Of a stretch of 64,000 bases of DNA, positions 9,613 to 18,342 are shown one piece after another; the first letter of the stretch is position 1; each line of letters starts with the position of its first letter. The stretch lies in assembly GCA_020440645.1 (NCBI GenBank), contig JAGRNR010000009.1, positions 5,092 through 69,091 on the forward strand, read 5' to 3'. This DNA is from a bacterium. Lineage in GTDB: Bacteria > 4484-113 > JAFGCY01. The translations under genes and the position numbers were made by a program. The notes under the pieces are model-generated. The model did not search any database. It saw only the letters and a program-made list of their open reading frames with translations, and was not told the origin of the DNA.

Positions 9613-10070
9613 ACCCCGATCTCCTCGCGGTCCATGCCGACCTGCTCCATCAGCGGGAATGCCATCCAGTACAGCAGGCAGGTGAATACGGCAGCGACGC
9701 TGCTCATCACCCCGGCCGGCCAGCGGTGGAAGTCATTGCTGAAGGTGAAGTACAGCCACATCCCGCCCAGGATCAGGCAGACAACGCCGGCGATTGCGAG
9801 GAAGCGGCTCGTGCCGCTGCTTTCCAGCGTGAACTGCCAGCGTTCATGGTCGCTCGTATCCATGTCCCAGTAGACCACGCCCAGCAGCAGCTGGTAGATT
9901 CCGCCGAGCACCAGCGCCCAGCTGCACATGTAGCTGAAGCCGATGATGCCGTGGTTGAAGCCCTTGAAGATCACCACCGTGTCGGCGGCGTCAATCCAGG
10001 GCAGGCGCGGCCCATTGACCAGCACGAATGCCGTGCAGACTATCGCAGCTATCAGGTAGAGGCTTCGCAT
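9609..10070 (-). CDS. Hypothetical integral membrane protein (4 TM, 153 aa)
   Basis: Hydrophobic helices (LYLIAAIVCTAFVLV; IIGFSYMCSWALVLGGIYQLLLGVVYW; FLAIAGVVCLILGGMWLYFTF; VMSSVAAVFTCLLYWMAF). No recognisable family. Its stop overlaps the deoC stop (convergent). Confidence 0.5.
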   Translation of the reverse strand: MRSLYLIAAIVCTAFVLVNGPRLPWIDAADTVVIFKGFNHGIIGFSYMCSWALVLGGIYQLLLGVVYWDMDTSDHERWQFTLESSGTSRFLAIAGVVCLILGGMWLYFTFSNDFHRWPAGVMSSVAAVFTCLLYWMAFPLMEQVGMDREEIGV

Positions 10071-10116
10071 CCCGTTTGATTCTATCCCGGAATCCGCTTG
10101 AATTCCGTGACACTAT

Positions 10117-11271
10117 TCAGACATTGTCCATGCCCACGGTGTTCCCGCCGCCCGGTCCAAGCGCATCCAGCCAGTCACAGAAAGCCTCCAGCTCCTGCAC
10201 GCTGATCTCATGGCCCCCATCAAAGCTGAAGCGGGTCACGGGGCAGCCCTGTTCCTCGAGGAAGTCCGCCAGCATCTCGCTTTCAGCCGGCTTCACGGCG
10301 CTGTCGCGCAGGCCATGCCCCGAGAACACCGGAAAATCGAGTTCGCGGCGCGGCAGTTCGTCATTCACCGCGAGCGTGGTGCTGAAGCAGGCCAGCGCGT
10401 CATACTGCCCGCTGCGGGTCAGGGCGCAGTAGCTCGCCAGCATCCCGCCCTGGCTGAAGCCGGCCAGCACCACAGGGCCGATGCGGAAATGCTCTCGCAT
10501 CCTGGCAACCACATTGCCGACGTACTCCGCATTCTGTTCGAGGTACTGCAGGCGCAGCTCATCGCTGAGGCTGCCCGGCCACCAGATGCGCGAGTCCTGG
10601 TGGTCGCTGAACACCGGGTAGGCCGCCGCCGGGGCCGCCATGATGTAGTCCCTGTGCGGCATCTGCTGGCGCCAGGCAGCGATGTTCTCCGGCGTACCGG
10701 TTGCCCCGTGCAGCATCACCACGAGCGTGTATTCGCGCTCGCTGTCAAAGTCTTCCGGCAGGAAGTAGCGCACGCTGCCCATGCTGCCCATCGGCACTAG
10801 CAGCGTCTCACCCATCTGCTCGCGGTAGCGCAGCTCACGGCTGCGCAGCACCTCGGCCGCCATCCGGAAGCTGTAGTCCTCGCGCACGTTGTCAAAGCGC
10901 GGGTCGTCAATCCGGGCACTGATGTTGCGCAGCCCGGCCTCCTGTGCGAGGCGCAGTGCATCCGATGCCAGGCTGGCCCGCCCGAGCTGGCCATAGCAGC
11001 CAGCCAGGCGCAGCAGCACCTCGAAATTCGAGGCATCGGACTGCAGGGCCGCGATGTAGCAGGCCGCAGCCTGTTCCAGTTCGCCCTGGTTCTCATGCTG
11101 CAGGCCCATCAGCACATAACTGGCCCGGTCGTTGTCCAGTACGGTGAGCGCATCCCCGGCCAGCGGGTCAATCTCATCCGGGCTCAGGTATTCCCACTGC
11201 GCGTGTGCCACCGACAGTGACAGCAGTGCGGCAAGCAGGGCCAGCATGGCAATCCGGTGGATCATCTTCAT
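10117..11271 (-). CDS. Secreted TPR-repeat / alpha-beta hydrolase (phospholipase-carboxylesterase type) protein
   Basis: ORF 10117..11295. Likely start at MKMIHRIAMLALLAALLSLSVAHA (signal peptide). N-terminal TPR-like helices, then an esterase core with the nucleophile elbow GFSQGG and a downstream His (FSGHGLRD). Confidence 0.7.
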   Translation of the reverse strand: MKMIHRIAMLALLAALLSLSVAHAQWEYLSPDEIDPLAGDALTVLDNDRASYVLMGLQHENQGELEQAAACYIAALQSDASNFEVLLRLAGCYGQLGRASLASDALRLAQEAGLRNISARIDDPRFDNVREDYSFRMAAEVLRSRELRYREQMGETLLVPMGSMGSVRYFLPEDFDSEREYTLVVMLHGATGTPENIAAWRQQMPHRDYIMAAPAAAYPVFSDHQDSRIWWPGSLSDELRLQYLEQNAEYVGNVVARMREHFRIGPVVLAGFSQGGMLASYCALTRSGQYDALACFSTTLAVNDELPRRELDFPVFSGHGLRDSAVKPAESEMLADFLEEQGCPVTRFSFDGGHEISVQELEAFCDWLDALGPGGGNTVGMDNV

Positions 11272-11311
11272 TTCCTCCACTCCCCCCTGGAGCATTATGA
11301 CAGCCGCAGCT

Positions 11312-12352
11312 TCAGTGGCGTGACCCGAGCTCTGACAGGATCTGCTTCAGGTCCGCCAGGCAACGCTGCTGCCCCGCCGGGCTGCGTCCGTCCACCTTGC
11401 GCACCAGGTCAAACCACGAGTAGGCCAGCACGTTGTCAGCCCCGGCATTGAAGCCGGCCTGCACCATCGCGCGCATCTGCTCGAGCGTCGGGAAGCTGGC
11501 GGAATTGCTGCCCTTGCCGTACATCCGCCAGTCGAAGCTCTGGAACACGAGGATCAGCGGCTGCGATGGCTTGCGCAGCTCATTGGCGCGGCGCACCAGT
11601 GCGTCCACCTCGTAGCTGATCGCCTCGATGCTGTGGCCATCATCCAGCCAATGCGCACCGACGGGGTAGCAGTCCACCATCACCCAGTCGCAGCAGTCGC
11701 GGATCATGCTGCGCATGCTCTGCTCGAACTGCTCATCATGCTGGAGGTAGTCCGGGGTGCCGTGCGGATAGTTGCGGCTATCAAAGCGCCGGTTCATCTC
11801 ATGGCGGTCCGGCAGCTGGTTCCAGACGCAGATCTGCGGCCGGTCGGGGTCGATGCGGCGGATGCTCTGGTACAGGTCGCGCATCTGCCCAAGCGACAGG
11901 CTGTATTTCTCCGTGCCGTCCACCCCGCTGAGCATCGGCAGGATCTCATCATGCACATACCAGGCCCCGATCTGCTCCTCGTTGCGCAGGGCCTCGACCT
12001 CAGCCAGCGCCCTGGCAACCTGTACGGAGGATGTGCGCGGGGTAGCACCTTCGAGGGCATTGAACAGGCTGTAGCCGATGCTGATCCCCTCGCGCCTGGC
12101 AATCGCCATGTAGGCATCGAAGTTGTCACGGTCGGCCGGGCCTTCCGGCCACTGCAGCGCGTAGTCAATCACGAAATTGACACCGCTGTCGGACAGCTCG
12201 CTGAACTGCTCGTTCACCTGAAGCAGGTTCCAGCAGCCCATCGAGATGTAACAGCCCACGAGCCGGTTGGGGTCTGGTGTGCTGTTGGCAGCCAGCGCCC
12301 TGCCACCGTTCAGGCAGGCGATCAGGATCAGGCTGGCCATCAGGGTCCTCAT
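11312..12352 (-). CDS. Secreted putative polysaccharide glycoside hydrolase (TIM-barrel; GH114/GH153-like, family uncertain)
   Basis: Signal peptide (MRTLMASLILIACLNGGRALA). About 320 aa periplasmic domain with alternating hydrophobic/acidic beta-alpha pattern. Stop overlaps the start of the downstream deacetylase by 4 nt (operon). Family assignment rests on context and composition, not a definitive motif. Confidence 0.45.
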   Translation of the reverse strand: MRTLMASLILIACLNGGRALAANSTPDPNRLVGCYISMGCWNLLQVNEQFSELSDSGVNFVIDYALQWPEGPADRDNFDAYMAIARREGISIGYSLFNALEGATPRTSSVQVARALAEVEALRNEEQIGAWYVHDEILPMLSGVDGTEKYSLSLGQMRDLYQSIRRIDPDRPQICVWNQLPDRHEMNRRFDSRNYPHGTPDYLQHDEQFEQSMRSMIRDCCDWVMVDCYPVGAHWLDDGHSIEAISYEVDALVRRANELRKPSQPLILVFQSFDWRMYGKGSNSASFPTLEQMRAMVQAGFNAGADNVLAYSWFDLVRKVDGRSPAGQQRCLADLKQILSELGSRH

Positions 12353-13452
12353 TGCTTTTGGTTGAGCTTGCGCATCACGACTTCAGTGGTGCCGGTCGGG
12401 ATGTTGGCAATCAGCATGTCGCCGCTGCGGCGCACAGAGCTGACCGGCTTGCCGTCGGCCAGCACCTCGGCCTGCTCCCAGTCAGCCGGGACGGCGCACT
12501 GCACGGAGATCACGTCCCAGTAGTTCTGGTAGTCCGGCAGCTGGCTGATCTTCGCAATCATGTAGTCCTTATCGAAATCAAGCAGTTCCAAGGTGAACTG
12601 CCGGCTCTCCAGCATGTAGCGGGCCACATTCCTGATCGGGGCCACCCAGACACGGTCCCCGAAAGATGCGAGGTACTCGTAATGTTCGACGAAGTCGTTG
12701 TAGGGGCGCGGACTCCAGCCCACACCGGGCTCGCCCGCCTCACCGATGCCGTGGCACTGCTCGATCATCCAGCCCTGCTTGCTGATGGCAAGGTCCGTCG
12801 TGCTGTTCCACATCCACATTGGCAGGATGTCCTGGTTGGCCCAGCTGTAGAGGTGCATCAGCGGCGGGTTGGCGGAGCAGTTGCGCTGGGCGATGTCCTC
12901 CCTCTCCTGCGGGCCACTGCGGGCGAACATGTATCCGAACTCAGCAGCGGTGTGGAAATTGCCGTAGTGGTACTGCTCATAGGGGTAGATCAGGGTATCC
13001 ACCTGGTCCAGGCCCTCGATGTTATCGAGCAGGAACCGGTGGCAGGTGCCGATCTCATCGCGCACCACTTCCTCGCTGCTTTCCGCCATGTTGAGGTGCG
13101 TCTTCGAATGGTTGGCGATCTCATGCCCATCGTCGAAGGCTTGCTGCAGCTGTTCCTTCCAGCCCTTGCGCTTGACGATGGTGGTGGAGACGATGCCGAG
13201 CGTGACCTTCCAGCCGTACTTGTCCCACAGCGGCATGCCCCGCTCCCAGTGGTCCAGCGAGCCGTCGTCGAAGGTCAGGCTGACCGCACCCTCCGCGCCG
13301 TTGTACCAGCGGCAGATTTCCGGCTTCGGGCGCCATCGCTCATCAGTCTGGGGCACCTGGTCCTTCTGCGGGATCACGATGATGTCTCCCTGGGCCAGCG
13401 CAGTGCCGCCCAGCAGCAGCATCAGCAGTAAAAGGGATAGTGTCTGTCTCAT
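12349..13452 (-). CDS. Polysaccharide deacetylase (carbohydrate esterase family 4, NodB homology domain), secreted
   Basis: Signal peptide (MRQTLSLLLLMLLLGGTALAQG). NodB motifs TFDDG (LTFDDGSLDHW) and HEIANHSKTH (His-His metal site). Confidence 0.8.
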   Translation of the reverse strand: MRQTLSLLLLMLLLGGTALAQGDIIVIPQKDQVPQTDERWRPKPEICRWYNGAEGAVSLTFDDGSLDHWERGMPLWDKYGWKVTLGIVSTTIVKRKGWKEQLQQAFDDGHEIANHSKTHLNMAESSEEVVRDEIGTCHRFLLDNIEGLDQVDTLIYPYEQYHYGNFHTAAEFGYMFARSGPQEREDIAQRNCSANPPLMHLYSWANQDILPMWMWNSTTDLAISKQGWMIEQCHGIGEAGEPGVGWSPRPYNDFVEHYEYLASFGDRVWVAPIRNVARYMLESRQFTLELLDFDKDYMIAKISQLPDYQNYWDVISVQCAVPADWEQAEVLADGKPVSSVRRSGDMLIANIPTGTTEVVMRKLNQKQ

Positions 13453-13530
13453 AGGCGTTGTCGGCTGGAGATTCTACCCGCGGACAGCCGTCCGCGCTTC
13501 AAATATGGATGGACTCGAAGCTAATTCCGT

Positions 13531-15027
13531 TCAGCGGAAGGGGTAAACAGGCACCTTGATCGGTGAGATCAGGTCGGCTTCCTTGCGCAGGATATTCGTC
13601 ACCACCGGGTAGGAACTGTGCCAGAACGGGAAACCGGTCGAACCCTGCACCTCTCGGCCGTAGAAGCTGCGGTTGATCTGCAGCGTAAGCTTGGTGTCCG
13701 CCGGGCCCATTGCCTTGCCGAACTCGGTCATCTCGCCTGCCATGTAGTAACTGTTGTAGTGGGTTTCCTTGCGCACGATGGCCGGGATTACCAGCGGCAG
13801 GTCGTGTCGGCGCATCTTGTCCTTGCCACTGTCGGTCAGCTTGAATTCGAAGTCCGCGAGGATCTGGACGGAAGGATCCGGACGAACGGTCACCACATCA
13901 AACCAGTAGGTGAAGGTGCTCGGGCGGCTGCCCTGCATCACGTCCATTTCCATGTAGTCGGTACGGGGCACGAACAACATGCCGCCCGGTGCCACGTCAT
14001 CCGCGTCCGTCAGCACGAAGAATTCGTCCTCGCCATCCTTGCACAGCAGGTAACCGGAGCCGGTCAGGTCCCAGTCCTTTCCATGCTTTTGCTTGTACAG
14101 CTCAAACAGCCACCAGGGCACATCAGTGACATCGCCGAAGTCCACGAAGTAACGACCGATCCAGTGGGTCCAGTCCACCCCGAAGATCTCTTCAAGCCGG
14201 TCCCGCAGTTCCTCATCCGTCGGGGATGCCAGGGTATTGAATTCAGCACAGATCGTGCGCCCACCCTGGTCGAGGAAGCCCTCGATTGCGGTGATCTCCT
14301 CAGGTTTCATGCCTCCGTAGATCTTCGGTGAGTAGATCGTATGTGCGATGTTATCGCCCCAATAGTCGCTGCGGAACTGCCAGTAGTCAGCGCTGTAGAC
14401 GCCATAGCTGTCACAGATGTAAAGCAGGTCACGGTCCGCAAGATCGGCGGAGTCGATGTAATCAAATCGCCAATGTACATCATTCTTGAGGCGGGCATCC
14501 TCCGCGGGATTGCTGCTGCTTGGCACCGGCCCGACGAAGTTCGGGTTGAATTCCTGCGAGAACATCGCGTTTTCCTGCTCAGGGGGCGCAAGGATCCTGT
14601 CATCCGGCGGCGGGTAGAAGCCGGTGTAGTCCAGGTCCTCCGCATAGAAGCGGTTGTCGGTCTGCTTGGTCGGGTCGACGAACTTGTTATTGGTCAGCAG
14701 CCAGAACAGGCCGCGGTGTTCGCGGTAGTCCTGGAACGGCACCGTCTTGTCCACGATCATCATCTTGAGCGGGATGTCCGGCGTACGCTCCCAGAACAGG
14801 TGCGGAATCAGCACGCAAAGGTAGATGATCAGCGCCAGGATCAGGATCGTGTGCAGGCGCCGGCTCGTGATGAAGGCCACAAGAAAGGGCTTCTTGCGCG
14901 GCTTGCCGATGCCTTCAGCTTCGCGCCGGTGGCGGGCCTTGCGGTCCGGCGGCGGCACGAGCGTGGCAGTGGCCGTTCCACCCGGCTGCTGCTCCTCCTG
15001 GTTGTCTCCCTTAATCAGGTCACTCAT
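13531..15027 (-). CDS. Membrane-anchored hypothetical protein (N-terminal TM, large extracytoplasmic domain) within the exopolysaccharide operon
   Basis: 498 aa. Basic, Pro-rich N-terminus, one TM (LHTILILALIIYLCVLIPHLFW), then a Trp/Tyr/Asp-rich soluble domain with no recognisable family. Sits between the GT2 synthase and the deacetylase. Confidence 0.6.
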   Translation of the reverse strand: MSDLIKGDNQEEQQPGGTATATLVPPPDRKARHRREAEGIGKPRKKPFLVAFITSRRLHTILILALIIYLCVLIPHLFWERTPDIPLKMMIVDKTVPFQDYREHRGLFWLLTNNKFVDPTKQTDNRFYAEDLDYTGFYPPPDDRILAPPEQENAMFSQEFNPNFVGPVPSSSNPAEDARLKNDVHWRFDYIDSADLADRDLLYICDSYGVYSADYWQFRSDYWGDNIAHTIYSPKIYGGMKPEEITAIEGFLDQGGRTICAEFNTLASPTDEELRDRLEEIFGVDWTHWIGRYFVDFGDVTDVPWWLFELYKQKHGKDWDLTGSGYLLCKDGEDEFFVLTDADDVAPGGMLFVPRTDYMEMDVMQGSRPSTFTYWFDVVTVRPDPSVQILADFEFKLTDSGKDKMRRHDLPLVIPAIVRKETHYNSYYMAGEMTEFGKAMGPADTKLTLQINRSFYGREVQGSTGFPFWHSSYPVVTNILRKEADLISPIKVPVYPFR

Positions 15028-15050
15028 ATCCAGTCACTTGCTCCCGTGGA

Positions 15051-16490
15051 TCAGGATCCTGCGGTACGGAATCCACCGCGCCGGATCGCACCCCACAGCT
15101 TGCGGAAGCCGCCGAGGTACTCAAGCATGGCCTGCAGGCGCCAGATCGCATTGATCTGGCGGAAGCCGAAGTTGTACAGGAAGCCGCCCCAGAGCAGCTT
15201 GAACAGGTCGGATGTCCGCTGGTAGCGGTGGAAGCTGAGCTCCTCCACGAGCACCGTGATCACGGTGAACATGAAGCCCAGTGACATGCTCAGCAGGATG
15301 AACATCAGCATCCATTCCAGCGAGAGCACACCGGCCCACCAGAAGATCACGATCAGCACGTAGCCGAACAGCTCGACGATGCAGCCCAGCATCTCGAATA
15401 TAAGGTAATAGGGCATGCCGAACATGCCCAGTGCGCCGAAGCGCGGGTTGAACATCATTTCGCCGTTGTAGCGCAGGCTGTCCACCAGGCCCTTCTGCCA
15501 GCGGCGGCGCTGGCCGGCGAGGCTCTTCATGTCCTCCGGCACCTCGGTCCAGCAGACCGGGTCCGGGTTGAAGAACATCTTGAATTCCTGCCGCTTCTTC
15601 TTGAAGATGCGGTTGAGGCGCACCACCAGCTCCATGTCCTCGCCGATGGTGTCCTCGCGATAGCCGCCGACCTCGATCACGGACTCCTTGTGGAACATCC
15701 CGAAGGCACCGGAGATCAGCAGCACCACACCCATCTGGGCGAAGGCGATGCGGCTGGAGAGGAATGTCATCAGGTACTCGACCGTCTGGGCCAGTGCCAG
15801 CCAGTTGGTGGCGATGTTCACTTCCTTGACGCGGCCGTAGTCCACCACGCAGTTGTTCGCCACGCGGATCACACCGCCGACGGCGATCATCGTGTCCGGA
15901 TGCTCAATGAAGGGACGCATCGTCTTCAGCAGGGCGTCGGAGTCGAGGATCGAATCCGCGTCCAGCGTACAGAAGTAGGGGTACTGGCTGACGTTGATGC
16001 CCACGTTGAGCGCACTGCTCTTGCCGCCGTTGGGCTTGTCCACCACCACGAGGTTAGGGTGCATGCGGCTTTCGTAGATCGCCTTGACCGGCTCGGTCTC
16101 GATCTTGCGCTGGTAGATCTTGCTCACCGGCACGAGGTCGAAGGCCTCAATCAGCACCTGCATGGTGTTGTCCTTCGAGCCGTCGTTGACCACGATCACC
16201 TCGAACTGCGGGTAATGCAGGGTCAGGAGCGAGCGCACCGACTCCATGATCACCTTCTCCTCGTTGTAGGCGGGACAGAGGATGCTCACGGGCTTGGTCA
16301 GCGATGTCTTGAACAGGGCGTGCAGGTCCACCACATTCACATAGTGGCGGTAGCGGCCGAGGTTCATGATGCCGATCAGGAAGAATGCAATATACGAAAT
16401 GATCAGGCCGAGGGTGTACAGGATGAAGAACCCCGAGAGCCAGAGGATAACGATGATCGCATAGCTGTTATCAAGGTCATAGCCAAACAT
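15051..16490 (-). CDS. Processive family-2 glycosyltransferase, PgaC/IcaA/NodC-like polysaccharide synthase
   Basis: N-terminal TM helices, then a GT-A domain (VIVVNDGSKDNT…TLDADSILD…) and the TED-like and Q-R-R-R-W signatures (TIGEDMELVVRL…LAGQRRRWQKG), followed by C-terminal TM helices. This is the canonical processive beta-glycosyltransferase layout. Confidence 0.85.
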   Translation of the reverse strand: MFGYDLDNSYAIIVILWLSGFFILYTLGLIISYIAFFLIGIMNLGRYRHYVNVVDLHALFKTSLTKPVSILCPAYNEEKVIMESVRSLLTLHYPQFEVIVVNDGSKDNTMQVLIEAFDLVPVSKIYQRKIETEPVKAIYESRMHPNLVVVDKPNGGKSSALNVGINVSQYPYFCTLDADSILDSDALLKTMRPFIEHPDTMIAVGGVIRVANNCVVDYGRVKEVNIATNWLALAQTVEYLMTFLSSRIAFAQMGVVLLISGAFGMFHKESVIEVGGYREDTIGEDMELVVRLNRIFKKKRQEFKMFFNPDPVCWTEVPEDMKSLAGQRRRWQKGLVDSLRYNGEMMFNPRFGALGMFGMPYYLIFEMLGCIVELFGYVLIVIFWWAGVLSLEWMLMFILLSMSLGFMFTVITVLVEELSFHRYQRTSDLFKLLWGGFLYNFGFRQINAIWRLQAMLEYLGGFRKLWGAIRRGGFRTAGS

Positions 16491-17629
16491 CAGTTATCAC
16501 CCTCCGTGTCACGGCTTCCCGGCAGCTCCCGCTCCCGGCTCGGGGTGGCGGCGGATTCAAGCTGCTCTTCCCCGAAGAAGCGGCTGAGGTTACCGTTGGA
16601 CCGCTCGAGCTGGTAATTGGCCACATCCCTGGCGAAGTCATCATCATCACGCCGGGCCTGGTGCAGGATCTCACCACCTCTGCGTCCATAGGCCGCCAGT
16701 GACTGGGCTGCGTTGCGGCGTACCCAGTAGCTCGGGTCGGACAGCGCATCCCGCAGGATCGGCAGGCCGTCCTTGACCTGCATGGTGCCCAGTGCCTTGA
16801 CGGCCTGGGCCCGGATCTCCCAGGAACGGTCCTTGGAAAGCCGCAGGAACTCGGGGATGCTGCGCGGGGAGGCGATCTTGCCCATCGACTTGATGGTGCG
16901 GATCACCTTTTCCTTATGGGAAGAGCGCAGCACCTCATGCAGCTGGTCCACCAGCCGGTATTCCTGCAGGTCGCCGACAAGGTCAATCGCCATCAGCTTG
17001 GACTCAAGGGCGAAATCCTGGTGCTCCAGCATCTGCTTGAGGGGGACAATGGCCTGGCCGCGCATCTTCTGCACAATTTCCACCAGGCGGGTGGTTTCCA
17101 TCAGTTCGGGCCGGTTGAGGATGCTCAATAGAGCGGTGCCGGCCTCGGGCGTACCAATCATTCCCATGCTGCGCGCGGCGGTGAAGCGTACTTCCATCCG
17201 CTTGTCGCGCAGGTTGTTTGACAGGATCGGCACCGTTTCCTTGAGTCCGTAGATGCCAAGCTGCATCGCGGCGATGTCACGGATGCGCCAGTCCCAGTTA
17301 TTGAGACGGCGGGCGGTGCGGTTGAGCAGTTTCAGGCGGTCAGCGAGGGTCAGGAGCTTCTTGCGCTCCGAGCCTGTCAGCTGGCGCAGCATCCCGAGGA
17401 TCATCTCCTCAGCGAGGTCGACGTGGTTGCCGATGCTGGAGATCATTTCCTCAATGGAGCTGTCACCGCTGAGGTAACGGGCGAACACGGGCAGGAGCTC
17501 GGCGCGGCGGTTGCTGGCCCATGTGTTGTGGCTGGCCGACATCATCCGCTGAACGACGATGATCAGGAACAGCAGCGCTGAGTTGAGGAAAATTCCCGCA
17601 ACCAGATATTGCACGCTGTCAGCAAACAT
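16490..17629 (-). CDS. HEAT/PBS-lyase repeat membrane protein
   Basis: N-terminal TM (YLVAGIFLNSALLFLIIVV) followed by repeated HEAT-like units (…WRIRDIAAMQLGIYG…VRFTAARSMGMIG…WEIRAQAVKALG…YWVRRNAAQSLAAYG…). Its TGA overlaps the ATG of the GT2 gene (ATGA, 16488-16492). Confidence 0.7.
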   Translation of the reverse strand: MFADSVQYLVAGIFLNSALLFLIIVVQRMMSASHNTWASNRRAELLPVFARYLSGDSSIEEMISSIGNHVDLAEEMILGMLRQLTGSERKKLLTLADRLKLLNRTARRLNNWDWRIRDIAAMQLGIYGLKETVPILSNNLRDKRMEVRFTAARSMGMIGTPEAGTALLSILNRPELMETTRLVEIVQKMRGQAIVPLKQMLEHQDFALESKLMAIDLVGDLQEYRLVDQLHEVLRSSHKEKVIRTIKSMGKIASPRSIPEFLRLSKDRSWEIRAQAVKALGTMQVKDGLPILRDALSDPSYWVRRNAAQSLAAYGRRGGEILHQARRDDDDFARDVANYQLERSNGNLSRFFGEEQLESAATPSRERELPGSRDTEGDN

Positions 17630-17697
17630 TGGTTAACCCCGCTCCGATCCTTTCTTTTTCCGGGCGATGCCCCGCCCGTCACTCCAACATTAGTACG

Positions 17698-18111
17698 TCA
17701 GCCTGCCTGTGCAGTACCTCTGACATGCTTCAGGGCGTTGTACAGTCTCGCAATCAGCACGTTGATGCTGAACGGGATGGTGACGTAGTCGACGCATCCC
17801 AGCCGGAACGCATTGAGAATGTCATCCTCATCCTCCCGGGCGCTGATCACGATCATCGCCCCGGGTTCGTTGACCTTCTCACGCTGCTGGATCTCCCTCA
17901 TCACCTGAAATCCATCCAATTTCTGGATGAGGATATCTATCAACAACAGGTCAAAGGTTTCCCGCTCCATCTGGTCGAGCGCTTCAATGCCGTCAACGGC
18001 CCGACTGACCCTGAAGCCCTGCCGTTCCAGCTTGTATGACAGAATGCCAAACAGACTGTCATCCTCGAGTACGACAAGGATCTTCGGGTTGGAGACTGGG
18101 GTAGAATCCAT
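17698..18111 (-). CDS. Single-domain response regulator (CheY-like receiver)
   Basis: ORF 17698..18171. Likely start MDSTPVSNPKILVVLEDD (acidic pocket DD), phospho-acceptor Asp in LLLIDILIQKLDG, conserved T/S region (IVISARED) and K region. First gene after an AT-rich promoter region. Confidence 0.75.
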   Translation of the reverse strand: MDSTPVSNPKILVVLEDDSLFGILSYKLERQGFRVSRAVDGIEALDQMERETFDLLLIDILIQKLDGFQVMREIQQREKVNEPGAMIVISAREDEDDILNAFRLGCVDYVTIPFSINVLIARLYNALKHVRGTAQAG

Positions 18112-18342
18112 TCCCAAAATCACCTTTCGATAGTATGTGCCCTGATTTGAGCGACTGATTCTACCACACACATATTTATATGTGAAACGATTTGATTGTA
18201 CATAATGTAATCTTAGTTTAACTAAAGTTTAATAATAGACAATATGAACAGTCAGTTTTCCCTGACTGTCAACACTAAGTGCAAGCACCTTGTTAATACA
18301 TGGTTTATCATTCTGGCAATACTCTGCTGCGCGGAGGAGCAC
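18112..18342. promoter_or_regulatory. AT-rich divergent intergenic promoter region between the EPS operon (minus) and the large glycoside hydrolase (plus)
   Basis: Local GC drops sharply (…ttatatgtgaaacgatttgattgtacataatgtaatcttagtttaactaaagtttaataatagacaatatgaac…) against a ~64% GC background. Flanked by divergently oriented gene starts. Confidence 0.5.

Noticed and set aside
10210-13431. Long plus-strand ORFs 10210..10800, 11633..12523, 12277..13431
   Set aside because: Antisense to the esterase, GH and CE4 deacetylase genes, which have strong domain signatures. Composition is non-protein-like.
14341-16616. Plus-strand ORFs 14341..15225 and 15690..16616
   Set aside because: Antisense to the 498-aa membrane protein and the GT2 synthase (QRRRW motif confirms the minus strand).
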